This document shows positions 29,293 through 42,916 of a DNA stretch of 64,000 nucleotides, one piece after another. The DNA is from the human T2T-CHM13v2.0 reference genome, Homo sapiens, in the NCBI RefSeq assembly GCF_009914755.1, contig NC_060938.1. One strand, 5' to 3'. Under the pieces are notes generated by a model, which had not been told where the DNA came from, did not search any database, and saw only the letters and a program-made list of their open reading frames with translations. How positions within the stretch are numbered: position 1 is the first letter of the stretch; the number at the start of each line of letters is the position of its first letter. A program made the position numbers and the translations under genes.

Positions 29293-30180
29293 TGCTAGAC
29301 TATCCCAAGCTAGACTATTCTGCTTTGAAGAAGCAAAACAGACCAGGTGTGTTGTGTAACATGCTGTATAAGTACCGTTGTTTCTAAGAAAGGCTTTATG
29401 ATTATGATTAGTCCTGAAACGTTTTTGTTAACATGACTCTCCTCTAACCAGAAGTTTAAGATGTCAAGTTTAAGCAGAGAACAGAAGCTGACGGCTCATC
29501 CTAGCAGCTGAAGAAATTGTCACCGTTCAATGTTCTGTTTACCATTTACCTAAGAAATCACAAGCTGCCAGCCAGGGCTGGCTGATGCCTGAGCCATGCT
29601 GACTTGATGATGGTTTTCCCTTAAATTAAAACTGAGCTGCATTTGATTTATCACCCAGAGCTGTCACTTCTCACCTCCAGTGAACCTTTCCTAAAACCAC
29701 AATAAATGTCACTTCAAAGGTTCAGAACTGGATTTCAATGGTGAAGAGCATATTCATCCTAAAACAGGCTCCTTGAAACAAAACAGGGTTTGCCATCAGT
29801 GTTGGGAATGGGGAGAGGATATGGAGACACTCCCCTGAATTTTGTATAATGAAGAAAGCATTTGGCTGATCATGAACTTTACCCATATCCACAAGATCAA
29901 GTTTGGGATCCCCAGGGGCAAAGGGTGTGTTATTGGTGCTGAGCTCCGTCTTGGGAGCCACTAGAGCCCAAGAGCTTCTAGTTACTTTTGAGACAAGAAA
30001 TTCTTGTTTAGTTGGAGGAACTTGGGGGCATTTGGTTAGAGAAGAGAAAGTTTGGTGAAGAGGGCATGACACATCACCCTCATGTATTTGAGAGCTTCTT
30101 GGAAGAAGAATTAGACCCATTCTACATAGTCAACAGGGCAGAATTAGAACATATCTTTAGTTCAAGATAAATAAGACATT

Positions 30181-30205
30181 TTTAATGAGATTGTGACATC
30201 AGTAA
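30181..30205 (+). repeat. Dispersed local duplication, pair 4 donor (25 bp; copy at 29029-29053)
   Basis: TTTAATGAGA(T/C)TGTGACATCAGTAA, 24/25 identical. Confidence 0.8.
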
Positions 30206-30545
30206 TAAGACACAGACATCAGATTGTGCTTCCGTATGGAAATATTTGTTGAGTACCTACTTTGGGTCAAGCACTGTTATTTATATTATTTTAATGAAAT
30301 TTCATAACATTTCTGTAAGGTAGGCATTATTAGCTCTTTTTCATAGATGATGAAATTGAGGCTCAAGGATGTTAAGCACCTCCCAGAATAGGTGCTTTGA
30401 GTTGGAGGGAGGTCTCCCAGTCACTGAGCCTGTTGAAGCAGAGGGTGCAACACCATCTGTATGAGCTGGGAGGTGTCAGCCATCTTGATAAGCTAATAAC
30501 TGCTACTCTTTACTTGTGCTTGTTTTGTGATAAAAGATATTACAA

Positions 30546-30715
30546 ATTTTGATTTATGTATTAAAGTGACATGGCCAAAGAGATATTACATAGACTAGTT
30601 TTCAAACTATTAAGAAGAGAAATTCTTTTTCCTTCCTGCAGATGGAAGCTTCAGCAGCAGGAGCCAGGTCCCACACTCTCCTGCTCCCAGTTGGTCTGTG
30701 GTGGGATATGGTGAG
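30546..30715 (+). repeat. Dispersed local duplication, pair 5 donor
   Basis: 14 mismatches over 170 aligned bases plus one 7-bp indel versus 32411-32587. Confidence 0.96.
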
Positions 30716-30944
30716 GCTCAGCTGTTTGCTGGTCACTTCCCCTGGTGACCAGTTAGTATCCCAGAGGAATCACAGATAATAGAGTGATGTGAAATGAACT
30801 TAAAAATAAATGTTTAAAACACTCAGAGGAATAAAGGGAAAATAGAATCCATACAGCAAAACAAGACCTTATAAAAAAGAACAGGCAGATTTGAACAAGA
30901 GATAGAAATTTAGAAAACAAAAAAAAGTAATTAAAATAAAAATC

Positions 30945-31325
30945 TGTCTTAACATGTTTATGCTGCTATTAATAAAATACCTGAGACTGAATTTACAAGG
31001 AACAGAAATTTATTTCTCACAATTCTGGAGGCTGGGAGTTCAAGATCAAGTTGTATAGCAAGGACCTGGTGTTTGTTTCCAAGATGGCTCCTTGTGGCTT
31101 CATCCTTGGAAGGGGAGAAACACTATGTTCTCGCATGGTGAAGGATGGAAGGGCAAGAAGGTGAACTGTCTTTGCAGCCTCTTTTGTAAGGCCATTAATC
31201 CATTCATGAGGCCAGAGCCCTCTTGACTTCATCGTTTCCCTAGAAGCCCCACCTTTTAATACCACCATGATAGGGATTAAATTTCCATATGAATTTTGAA
31301 GGGGACACACATTCAAACCATAGCA
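30945..31325 (-). mobile_element. MaLR solo LTR, MSTC/MSTD-like
   Basis: tgtcttaac...gaacagaaatttatttctcacaattctggaggctggga...gacacacattcaaaccatagca. Confidence 0.85.
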
Positions 31326-31336
31326 GTGGTCTAGAC

Positions 31337-31548
31337 CAGGGATCAACAAACTCTAGCCTGTGGGCCAGCTGCCTGATTTTGTAAATAAAGTTTTATTAGA
31401 CCACAGCCATGCCCATTCTTTAGCATATTGTCTTAGGCTGCTGTTGAACTACAAATAGCAGAGTTGAATAGTTGAATAGAGACGATGTGGCCACACACTC
31501 TAAAGTATTTACTACCGGGCCCTTTAAGAAAACATTTGACAAAGGTTG
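31337..31548. mobile_element. MER58A (hAT-Charlie)
   Basis: tttgtaaataaagttttatt..cacagccatgcccattc; 8-bp TSD GTCTAGAC (31329-31336) / GTCTGGAC (31549-31556). Confidence 0.88.
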
Positions 31549-32024
31549 GTCTGGACTGAATGTGAGAGAGAATTAGTGATTTGGAAGGTAGAGATAAAGA
31601 AATCACCCAGGATACAGCACCAAAAGATAGACAAATGGAATATGGGATAGGAGGTTGAGACATGGAGCACAGAATAAGCACAACACATTCATGTCACCAG
31701 TATCTGAGTTCCTCCTTTTCTACCAGGGTGCACTTCTAGACCACACAGCTTAGCTGGTTGTGGTCAGGTGGACCTTGTGATTGAGTTCTGGCCAATGAGA
31801 CATGAGCAGGAAGGAGGAGCAGCACTTTCCTCTTGCCTGGACAATCTCTCCTACAATCTCTCACATACTCTCTTCCTTCATGAGAAGATGGAAGTTCTTC
31901 TGGCTTCCTGAGTGACGAATTCTCCCTTTCCTCTGCTCAGCTGCCTCAGTTTGAATATGAATTAGAAAGAAACCACTGCTAAGCCACTGACATCTTAAGG
32001 TTGTTTCTTATGGCAGTTAGCCAC

Positions 32025-32407
32025 TGATAGGGTTTGGCTGTGTTCTCACCTAAATCTCATCTTGAATTGTAGTTCCCATAATCCCCACATGCCATGGGTG
32101 GGGCCCAGTGGGAGGTAGTTTAATCATAGAGCGGTTACCCTCATGCTGTTCTTGTGATAGTGAGTAAGTTCTCACAAGATCTGATGGTTTTATAAGGGGC
32201 TACCCCCCTCACTTGGCTCTCATTCTTCTCTCTCCTGCTGCCATGTGAAGAAAGACATGTTTGCTTCCCCTTCTTCCATGATTGTAAGTTTTCTGAGGCC
32301 TCCCCAGCCATGCTGAACTGTGAGTCTATTAAACCTCTTTCCTTTATAAATTACCCAGTCTCAGGTATGTCTTATTAGCAGGTATGTCTTATTAGCAGAC
32401 TAATACA
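32025..32407 (+). mobile_element. THE1 (C/D-type) solo LTR
   Basis: tgatagggtttggctgtg...aaatctcatcttgaattgtagttccc...attaaacctctttcctttataaattacccagtctc...gactaataca; 17-bp internal tandem duplication near its 3' end. Confidence 0.95.
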
Positions 32408-32410
32408 TAC

Positions 32411-32587
32411 ATTTTGATTTATGTATTAAAATGATGTGGCCAAAGAGATGTTACATAGACTGAGTAATAGTTTTCAAACTATTAAGAAGATAAATTCTTT
32501 TTCCTTCCCCCAGATGGAAGCTTCAGCAGCAGGAGTCAGGCCCCACACTCTCCTGCTCCTGGTTGTTCTGTGATGGGATATGATGAG
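32411..32587 (+). repeat. Dispersed local duplication, pair 5 derived copy
   Basis: About 92% identical to 30546-30715; lies between the THE1 end and the right TSD copy GCCAC (32587-32591). Confidence 0.96.
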
Positions 32588-32639
32588 CCACCCTGACTCG
32601 TATAGATTTAATAGAAGTTCCAGAAGGAAAGAATATCAA

Positions 32640-32800
32640 CTAGTGCTTTTCAAATTTTAATGTGCATATGGTTCACCTAGGTGTCTCATTGAGTTCTTGA
32701 TTCTGATTCCATAGGTCTTGAGAGGTGCCAGCTATTTTGCATTTCTAACAAGCTTCCAGGTGGTGAAGCCACACCTGGTCCATACATCACATTTTGAGTA
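32640..32800. mobile_element. MER5 (MER5B-like)
   Basis: ttttcaaattttaatgtgcatatggttcacct...gattctgattcca...tgcatttctaacaagcttccaggtg. Confidence 0.7.
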
Positions 32801-33773
32801 GAAAGAGAGAATGAGGAAGAGGCAATATTCAAAGAGAGAATGGCAGAGAAGCTCCCAGAGTTCAATATGCCAGAGTTTACTCTTTGTCTGTTTTCTTCTG
32901 TGTTCTTATTTCCTAAGTAAGTAGACACTTAACTTCAAACAGATGACTATGTTTCAACAGACTGGGGGCTTTGGCTCCATTTCATGTCCCTGCAAGTCAC
33001 TTTGGCCATCTCAGTCACTCAGTCACATTTATGCACACATGCACACACACAGAAGTGATTGTGGAAGCCCAATGCACAATGATTTTTTTTGGCGCGTTTC
33101 CATATTTTATGATCCTCTTTGCAAAGATGCCCGTTCAAGTGCAACACACCATTTCATCTCCATGCCTACTCCTTTGTGGTCACAGATCTAGTGATTCTGG
33201 ACCTCACTGGACTCTGTGATCCCTGGACAAAAGAACACCTAGAAAGCTTGGGTGTGGGGCTGACCCTGAGGCTCTCAGCCTAGACCACATGGAGTTAGAA
33301 TGGGATTGGAACTACCCCAGCTTGGTGGGAATCCCCTGGAACTGAGAAGGCGAAGAGCTGCCCCTGTCAGCAATGCTGTGCCCACCCAGGCTCTTCTCCA
33401 AAGGTGGTGTTCCTCTGCTCTAAGACCATGGTGACAGCAAACAGGGATAAGAAAGGTATCAGCACTAGGGCTGGAACCTATGGAGTCCTCAGCTTTCCCA
33501 AGCAGATTTTATGCCGGAGGAAGTCCAGTGTAAATGTCATTTGCTTTACATGCTGGATTGGAAAATAGACAACTTGTGTGTCTTATACAGTGGAACTTGA
33601 ATTTCAGAGGTGAAAGAGATGCATAAAAAACCTTTACAAAGTTGTAAAAGGTTTTTATTTAAACCGGTACTTCCCATTCTCACAAATGACGAGTGTACTA
33701 TGGCAGAGTCTAAATTTTCTTCTTTAGGTGAACCTAAAAATTTTTGCTAGCCTATATAATTTGTATGTCCACA

Positions 33774-33775
<2 letters not shown>

Positions 33776-33811
<36 letters not shown>
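33776..33811. repeat. (TATC)9 tetranucleotide STR
   Basis: Read directly; abuts the tail of an Alu monomer. Confidence 0.97.
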
Positions 33812-33827
33812 ATCTATCTCTATCTAT

Positions 33828-33962
33828 ATTTTATTTTTTATAAATAGAGACAGGGTCTCACCATATTGGCCAGGCTGGTCTCAAACTCCTGGGCTCAAGT
33901 GATCAATTGCCTTTGCCTCCCAAAGGGCTGGGATTATAGGCATAAGCCACTGTACCTGACCC
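33828..33962 (-). mobile_element. Alu left monomer (FLAM_C-like)
   Basis: tagagacagggtctcacc...ctcctgggctcaagtgatc...cctcccaaag. Confidence 0.85.
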
Positions 33963-34172
33963 AATCTTTTTTGCTAAAATATATCTTGCAGTGCCCATGA
34001 AAGAATATGTTCAGAATTCATCTCTAAAATGGATACTGGTTTTACCTTCATCCTACGAACAGAATGTATTGTGACTAGAGCTACCTCCCATCTCTTGGGG
34101 CAGCAAGTGGGGCCTAATAGCTTTATAAGATATAAACATAATTAAACATTAATGGCTAATATTATTGAGTAG

Positions 34173-34507
<335 letters not shown>

Positions 34508-34789
34508 TTTATGGGTCTTAACTCATTTTCTCCTAATACAGTCTCCCACAGTGTAGCTACAGTTATGACTCCCATTTTCTGGAAGAGGAACCTGAGGCAC
34601 AGGGTGGTTAGGTAATTTTCCCAGGGCACAAGGAGTAAGTAGTAGAGTCAGGATTTGAACCAAGCAGTCTGACTCAATAGACCATAAGCATAATGGCTAT
34701 ACTGTGTGTTGGCATAGCAGAGCATAACTTTTCTCCTACCTTACCAGAAAATGAGCACACTGGAAGCCTCTGTTTAAGCCTGGACTTTG

Positions 34790-35106
34790 GCTGTCCAATG
34801 TGGTGGCCCCATGTGGCTACTGAGCACTTGAAATGTGCCTAGTACAAATTGAGATGTGTGGTAGGAGTAAAATACATACTGGATTTTGAAGACAGCATGA
34901 GAGAAAGAATGCAAAAGATCACTTTTATAATTATTTCATATTGATTAAGTGCTGAAATGATAATATTTTAGATATGTTGAGATGAATAAACTATATCCTT
35001 ATAATTAATTTCACTCTTTTTACTTTTTAAAATGTAGCTTCTAAAAAATTAAAAATTCCATGTATGACTTGTCTTTGTGGTCAGCATTTCTATTTGAACA
35101 GCGCTG
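34790..35106. mobile_element. MER33/MER3 (hAT-Charlie), opposite orientation to the 28940 copy
   Basis: gctgtccaat...catgtggctactgagcacttgaaatgtg...tttctatttgaacagcgctg. Confidence 0.8.
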
Positions 35107-36725
35107 GCCTTGGCAGTTTGCTCATTCATTTGTTCACTCATTCATTCAGCATGTGTTGGCAACCAATAGGTGCCAAAAGAAGCTAGACTCTGAGGATACA
35201 GCAGTTAACAAGACCAATTTGATTCTTGTTGTCAAGTAGCTCAATATTCCAGAAGGGTGGGTGGGTAAAGGAGGTCTTAAAGACCCTAAGAAATAATTAT
35301 GTAAGTAGTTAATTAACATCATTATTAAGTGTTCAAAGAGGGAAGGGGGTAGCTAGGAGAGATTGTACTAAGGGCATCTAACCCCTGGGGGCCATTCAGT
35401 AAATGTTATCCATTCAATAAATATTTGTTGAGGGAATAAATGAATCTGGGGGATTAGAGGAGCTTTCCTGAGGAAATAACTTTCAGATAGAATTCTGCAG
35501 AGATGGGAGAGAGTCAGGTGAAATATTGGCAGCTTCTCCTGTGATCGCAGGCCCTGCTGTGTGGGTGGCTTTGTCTACTCTCCCTTTATATCACAGATAG
35601 TTGTCTCTGGTTGGGTTTGGGTCTGCCCATTTTGATGCGGTGGGTAGAGGCATGGGGAGTTGTGTTCCTTGGTATGAAGAAGGGTGGTCTCAGCCACTGG
35701 GGGCATCCTAGGGAGATGGGCAGGAGGGAGGTCACCTTCCCTTCCCTCCTCCAGCATCGCGCAGTGCCCAGCCCCTGGGGCCTCCCACAAGGAGGCTGTG
35801 TATTGCCTCCTTTCCCTTTCCTCCTGCTCCTACTAGGTTTGCCTCTGCAGCATTTTCCTTTGTTGCACAATCCATTTGACAGGTTTTTATTTTGTTGTTG
35901 TTTCTGCCCAGTGTAAATGAGATCTCCAGTAGGGAGAATGACTTTTAAATCTTTTGTGACCCTGGAGTACAAAATGTTCCCAATTCCTTCCCCTGAGCAA
36001 TTTTTATTTCTGTGGCAAGTCACAATAGAGTGCTTATTTTTGTCAATAACAATTGGGCAGCAGGAGAGGTGGGAGAGGCTGGCCCCATGAAGCTGGGTGG
36101 CTGGAGTTTGCTGCTGGTAATGGTAACTAGCCTGAAGTGGGAGGGAGCTGGGAGCTGGAGCTGGGCTGGGGACAGAGGGCAGCTGTGGGCAGCTAGGGAG
36201 GAATGTGGGCACCCGCCCTTGGGCCCCTGTGCAGACCCCGGGGAGTTGATCTTGGATCAGCCTCCTCTGGATTTTTGCAGACACGATCCCAGGTTGCCAA
36301 GTTACCCAATGAGCCAGAAAGCAATAAAACCACCCTAACCCAGCTGGGGGTGGATTTTGCTTGGTTCAGAGCCTATCTCGCCTGGATCTTATATTGGACT
36401 TACACAAAGGGATTTACTCCGGGATGGGTAACTATTTTGGCAGGAAAATCAGGCACTGTGCCCTAAACATACTGGGCACTTAATAAATATTTGTTAAGTC
36501 AGTGAATACAAATTTGCAGTAAGGAATACCATTTTCAGTTAATTCAGGGCAGTTGGGCTGCCCTGAATGAGGTCTCAGCTGGGCTGGTTGTCTCAGCAGT
36601 CTTTTCCTGATCTAAGATTCTGCAGTTCTCTGAAACATGCCTGGTCAGGGACAGGCTTCTGACCTGGAGGTGGGTTACGGTCCAGGATTTGTGCCTACCT
36701 AGAGGTCACTGTTTCTTCCTTACAG

Positions 36726-36960
36726 CAGGGTGTCTCGACCTCGGCACTGTGGACATTTGGGGCTAGAGAACTCTTTGTGGCAGGGGCTGTCCTGTGCACT
36801 GTGGGAGGTTAAGCAGCATCCCCAGCCTCTACCTACGAGATCTAGTGGCACCTCCCTCCACGCTCCAAGTGGTGAGAAGCAAAGATGCCTCTCTGTCTTG
36901 CCCAGTGTGCCCTGGGAGATGGGGGCAGGGGACAAAATTGTCTGTGTCTGAGAACCACTG
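36726..36960 (-). mobile_element. MER20 (hAT-Charlie)
   Basis: cctcggcactgtggacatttggggc...ggggctgtcctgtgcactgtggga...tgagaaccactg. Confidence 0.85.
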
Positions 36961-37363
36961 GTCTACAGGAGTAAAGGGAGACCGTGTGCGGATGATACCA
37001 GGAAGTACATAATTGCAGGCCGTTTCTGTGCGATATATATCATATGGCATGGAGGGTGTGTGGATTTATCTTCCCAAGCACTGTATTTAGCACACATTAA
37101 AACTGCCTGCTCTGTCTTAGTGGCCACTTGTTGGGGTGGGAGGCCTGGGGGAAGGAGGAGGGCTCCTGCAGCACAGCAAGGCCCAGGAGGTGGTTCACTG
37201 CACACGGACAATGCCCAGCACACTGCATCGTCCTCTGTCCACAGCTCCCTCCTCTATTCCTTGGGGATGGCAGCAGTTCTAGACACTGTATGTCCACTGA
37301 AATCACCTGGGAGGCTTTTCAGGACTTCGGTTTAATTGGTAGCAGCTAGCACCTGAGCATCTC

Positions 37364-37528
37364 TCCCTCTTTCTTTTTTCTTTTCCTTCCTTCCTTCCTT
37401 CCTTCCTTCCTTCCTTCCTTCCTTCCCTCCCTCCCTCCTTCCTTCCTTCCCTCCCTCCCTCCTTCCTTCCTTCTCTCTCTTTCTCTCCTTCTTTCTTTCT
37501 CTTCCTTTCTTTTTTTTTTTTTTTTTTT
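37364..37528. repeat. Polypyrimidine tract with (TTCC)11; expanded Alu tail
   Basis: (TTCC)11 at 37383-37426, then CCCT/TTTC units and poly-T leading into the Alu. Confidence 0.95.
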
Positions 37529-37816
<288 letters not shown>

Positions 37817-38391
37817 TGAAGCCGCTCAGGTGACCCATCTGTGCAGCTGTCCCGCTGAGAGTCCCTGGTGTGACAAAGAGCCTGGGCTTTGCGATCGGGC
37901 ACCCCTGGCTATAGTCCCAGCTGGCCAAACTTCTCTGAGGTTACTTGTTGATGAAACTGGGAATAATAATTGCTCCCTCCCAAGCTGTAGTGATAGGTGA
38001 AGGAGGTAATGTTTCAAGGAAGCTCTTATTGTGAGGTGCCTAATAAGTGCTTATTAATGCCCTTCTCCTTTCAGGCCGTCCTTCCCGTAGCCACATCCTT
38101 CCCTCCTGGTCTCATTCCCTCTGGCTCCGAGCTGGGTCTCCAGGCGCTCTTTTGGGATCTCCATGTGGCTGATGTGGGGTTGTCTCTCTTGACTCCCTGT
38201 GGAGCCTCTTCTGTTTTCTGCACCTGGAAAGAACCAGTTTCTGCACACTTTTGAGGCCCTAGGCCACAGCAGGGCTCAGAGGGATTTTCCAGGTACTTCT
38301 AGCAAAGCTGACCTGAGGGGCCAGCAGTGAGTGCCAGGGCAACACAGGAAACACATTCCTGGCTAGGGGTATGTCTCCATTTGTCCTACTA

Positions 38392-38393
<2 letters not shown>

Positions 38394-38435
<42 letters not shown>
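38394..38435. repeat. (TG)21 microsatellite
   Basis: Read directly. Confidence 0.98.
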
Positions 38436-38438
<3 letters not shown>

Positions 38439-39058
38439 AGGGAGTGTGTAGGTGGGGCAAAGTAAGCCTGGGTCACACTTAGTAAGCCTGGGTCACAGGG
38501 GTCAGCTGAAGGTGACACGAAGAGGAGAGGTTCTGTTCATTCTGTCACTCACTTATCCTTTTATTTTTTTTTTAAATGGCCCACTGCAGATGCAGGCCCC
38601 CGGAGTTAGAACAATGCTTTGGTTATGTTGAGTTAGGGAGTGATAAATATCCTTGAGAAGAATGCTCTTGTGTAGGCCTGTAGGTCTTGGGGCTACTGAC
38701 CCAACACGGTGTTTAACCAGGGGCAACGGGTTCCTGTGGACATCTGGCCTGAGCCCGCAGTTAAACCTACCCCCTCACCACTTTATTGAGCAGAAATTCG
38801 TAGTCATGGGTGTATTCACATGGAGCCGAAGTAGCCCTGTAAATTAGCACAGAAGTTAAAACCTCACCCAATTATTTCCCTAGTTCATTCTCTTCCCTTG
38901 GATTGCAGTGCTTGTCAAATATAGGAAGTGAATGTTCTTCCATGGTTTACCGGAAAAAGTCATCCTGGCAGGCAATTTTTTTAAACTGGAAACTCTGGGT
39001 AGATTCTTGGACTTTGCCTAATACTAATAAGAAACCTAGTATGAACATTTTATTTGAC

Positions 39059-39271
39059 CAGTGTTCTGAACCAGGGGTGATTTTTGCCTTCCAGAGGACA
39101 TTTGGCAACGCCTGGGAACACTTTTGGTTGTCACAACTAGGGGAGGATGCTACTGGTTTCTTAGAGAGTAGAGGCCAGGATTGCTGCTAAACACCCCATA
39201 ATGCACAGGACAGCTCCCCACAATGAAAAATTAGCCCAAAATGTCAATAGGGTTGAGGTTGAAAAATCCTG
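39059..39271 (+). mobile_element. MER20 (hAT-Charlie)
   Basis: cagtgttctgaaccaggggtgatttttgcc...ggacatttggcaa...ttttggttgtcacaact...aaatgtcaatag. Confidence 0.88.
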
Positions 39272-39686
39272 TTAGAGAAGCAAGTGTCCAGTGCTGGCAC
39301 TGGGATGTGAATTCCAGGCGCTTCTGTCCAGCTAAACCCCAGCTCTCCCCTGCTGGAACAGCTCGCTTGGCTTGGTGATGGTAATGGTTGGGTCTGGGCA
39401 CACTCAGCCAAATGATGACGATAACTGTGTTCATGATTGTATTTCATTAGTACCTATTCGTGCTGAGTCCAGAGCTGGGCCCCCTACAGATATTATCTCG
39501 CTGAATATGCCAGCATCACAGCCCTGAATGATGTAGATGAGGGAGTAGCACCTCAGGCAAGTGAAATTGCCTGGCTGCGGCCACACAGCCAGTAAGCTAA
39601 GGAATCCAGGTTGGTACCCACACCCCTTCCCTCTAGAGCATAGGTTGCCTATTATCCACATAACCAAGGGAAAAGGCAGTGGCTAA

Positions 39687-40102
<416 letters not shown>

Positions 40103-40208
40103 TTGTAGCTGCATTCTTTCATTCAGCTTTGGGACAGATGTTTTTCAGGAGTTGGTTGTTCCCTCCTTTAGGTAATCTGCTGTTGGATCCAGTCTTCACC
40201 TTTGTCAC

Positions 40209-40501
40209 TTTTTTAGATGCAGGGTCTCACTCTGTCACCCAGGCTGGAATGCAGTGGTGTGATTGTAGTTCACTGCAGCCTTAAACTCCTGAGCTGAAGC
40301 GATCCTCCCACCTCAGCGTCCTGAGTAGCTGGGACTACAGGAATGTGCCACCACACCTGGTGATGTTTCAAAAAAAATTTTTTTTAAAGAGATAAGGCTC
40401 TCACTATGTTGCCCAGGCTAGTCGTGAACTCTTGGCCTCAAGTGATCTGCCTTGGCCTCCCAAAATGCTGAGATTACAGGTATGAGCCATCCCACCCAGC
40501 C
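40209..40501 (-). mobile_element. AluJ
   Basis: J diagnostics (cactgcagccttaaactcctg); degenerate TSD CACCTTTGTCACTT / CATCTTTGTAACTT. Confidence 0.92.
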
Positions 40502-41222
40502 ATCTTTGTAACTTATAACCCTATCTTGATGCATTTTTTATGAATAGTGATTTTGGCCAGCACCCTTTCAGAGGTGACGGTAATATCATTTCACACCACA
40601 GGCAGGGTAACTTGCTTGAGTTTCTCAAATTGCCGGCTAGCTAAGGAAAGTGGGTGGCAGCCCCTGGCTTTCTCTGTTTACCTCCAGGTGTTCCCCACCA
40701 GCCAGAATGCTACTGCTCCCATTCACAGAGGCTGTGGGGATATGGAAGTTTGGGGACCCTCCAGGCTGCCCATGTGTGGTGTCTGGGAAGACTCCTGTCA
40801 CTTACATGCTGTCACCCACCAGCTGTGACTCAGAGGCTCCCTCTGGGCAGCTATGGAGAGGTCCCAGGGCACACTGGGTAGCTAGGCCAGAGACTTGATT
40901 CTAACACAAGTTCCCACAAACAGGCTTGTCGCATGGCTTCTTTGGGTCTCGGATTCTGCATCTGAAAATTAGAAGATGTGCTAATTTACAACTCTTTTCC
41001 CTTTTTGTGTCTATAATTCTGTGACTCAAGACAGAGAAACATTTGACTTCCAGTCTAAGGAGTGTAAGGGGAAAGGGAAAGCTCAGAGAGATTCTCATCA
41101 GCCAAGTCAGAAGGGAGACTGGCTCTTCAGACTTTCAGAAGCTTCTGTGGCCTTTGCAATGTCCCACCTTTGTTATTTTGTTTCCTTGTGATTAGCAGTA
41201 AAACCCTGCATGTGGGGTGTCA

Positions 41223-41582
<360 letters not shown>

Positions 41583-42234
41583 AACACTATCCCTTAGATC
41601 TCACTCCATGTTCGGCACTCCCAGACCATCTCTGTCTTAGAGAGGGCCAGGGGACTATCTCTCCACTTCTGGCAAAATACTCCTGAGTAAATTCTCGGTC
41701 TCTCTCTTTTGCCCTCTCCCAGATACACTCTGAGCTGGCTTCCCCTCTCCCCACCCCTGTAGGGTGAGACTCTGCCTGTACTCAGAGGCCCTTTCATGTA
41801 GGCAAACACAACATGACCTCACACTGCCTAAACTCCGCTATTCTGCACCTAAGGGGGTTCCTTATTCGCAGACTGGCCAGAGGGCAAGCTCCGTCAGATT
41901 CCATCTCTGGGGAATGTTCCAGTTAGAAGTCCCAGGAAGTTGCTTGTAAGCAGAAACACTAAGGCCGAAAGATCCTGATGAGACGGGCATCAGGTGAAGC
42001 TGAGGAGAAAGCTGTGGACACTGGCCTGTGAGGACAAGTGGTCTCGAGGCCCCTGAGAGAAGGAGGGGTTGGCTGTAGTGCCCAGCAGCTTTCCTGTCCC
42101 AGATGGCACATGATGTGCTGTTGTGGAGTCCCAGGGTCCTCCAGGGTCCTTGCAGTGAAGCCACCATGCATCCAGGCTGAAATATGGGTTCCTGTGACTG
42201 GAGGGACCTGAAGTAGAGGACTCTGTGCTTCCCC

Positions 42235-42916
42235 TGTGATCTGAGGAGCAAAAGAGATGCCACTTTATCAACTAAGAGGGACCCTAGGGTTAAGGAAACA
42301 AAAGTTACCTGTGGGTAGAGGGTTCAGTGCTTGACTGGCATGCCAACTTCCTAAATTCCTACGGCTATAGGAAAAACCACGCTCTTGGAAAACTCCCTAA
42401 CAAGAGGAACTATCAGGTAAATTGTCAGACCCCTCCTAAACCTGGTCTACATCCCAGACCACTACAACTCTGACTGGACAGAGGACCAGCCTTGCAGACA
42501 TTCTTTTCTGATAAGTCACTGCAGACCTTAAACCAGTTTCAGCCAGCTGATAGAGGCTGCACACAAACTGACTTTATGTCTTATAGTTCATCTTTCAGCA
42601 TAAAGAGCCAAAGTCCACCTTGTGTTAATGATAAAACCCCACTCCAAAGTGAACATGGGATGTATGCTATGTATATGTTTACCCATTATGCATCTGTTTG
42701 GCTCCCCTCATAAATATGTGAAGCTTTCCCTCCAAACCTACTGAATATGTATGATACAGACCCTGTGAGGCATAAAACCCAACCTGTTCTTCCCCTCTTC
42801 GAAGAGAAAGGACCTTTGCTCTGCACTGGAGACTTTCTCTTCCTAGTTTGCAAACTGTATTGCCAATCAAGCTCTCCTTTCTACCATGTAGCCATCCTGG
42901 GGCCTTTTGGATGACA
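42235..42916 (+). mobile_element. ERV1-class solo LTR (MER72-like; subfamily uncertain)
   Basis: 682 bp with TG...CA ends, TATA-like gcataaaa, degenerate poly(A) signal; ttaaggaaacaaaagttacct recalled from ERV1 LTR consensus. Confidence 0.65.

Larger units (their letters stand above)
31700..32604 (+). mobile_element. Old MaLR LTR (MLT1J-like) split by THE1 and a templated copy
   Basis: gagttctggccaatgaga...aagccactgacatcttaaggttgtttcttatggcagttagccac | resumes cctgactcgtata at 32592. Confidence 0.65.

Noticed and set aside
35586-36284. 232-aa minus-strand ORF, the longest in the window
   Set aside because: GTG start, low-complexity Pro/Gln/Gly content driven by G-rich DNA, no family resemblance.
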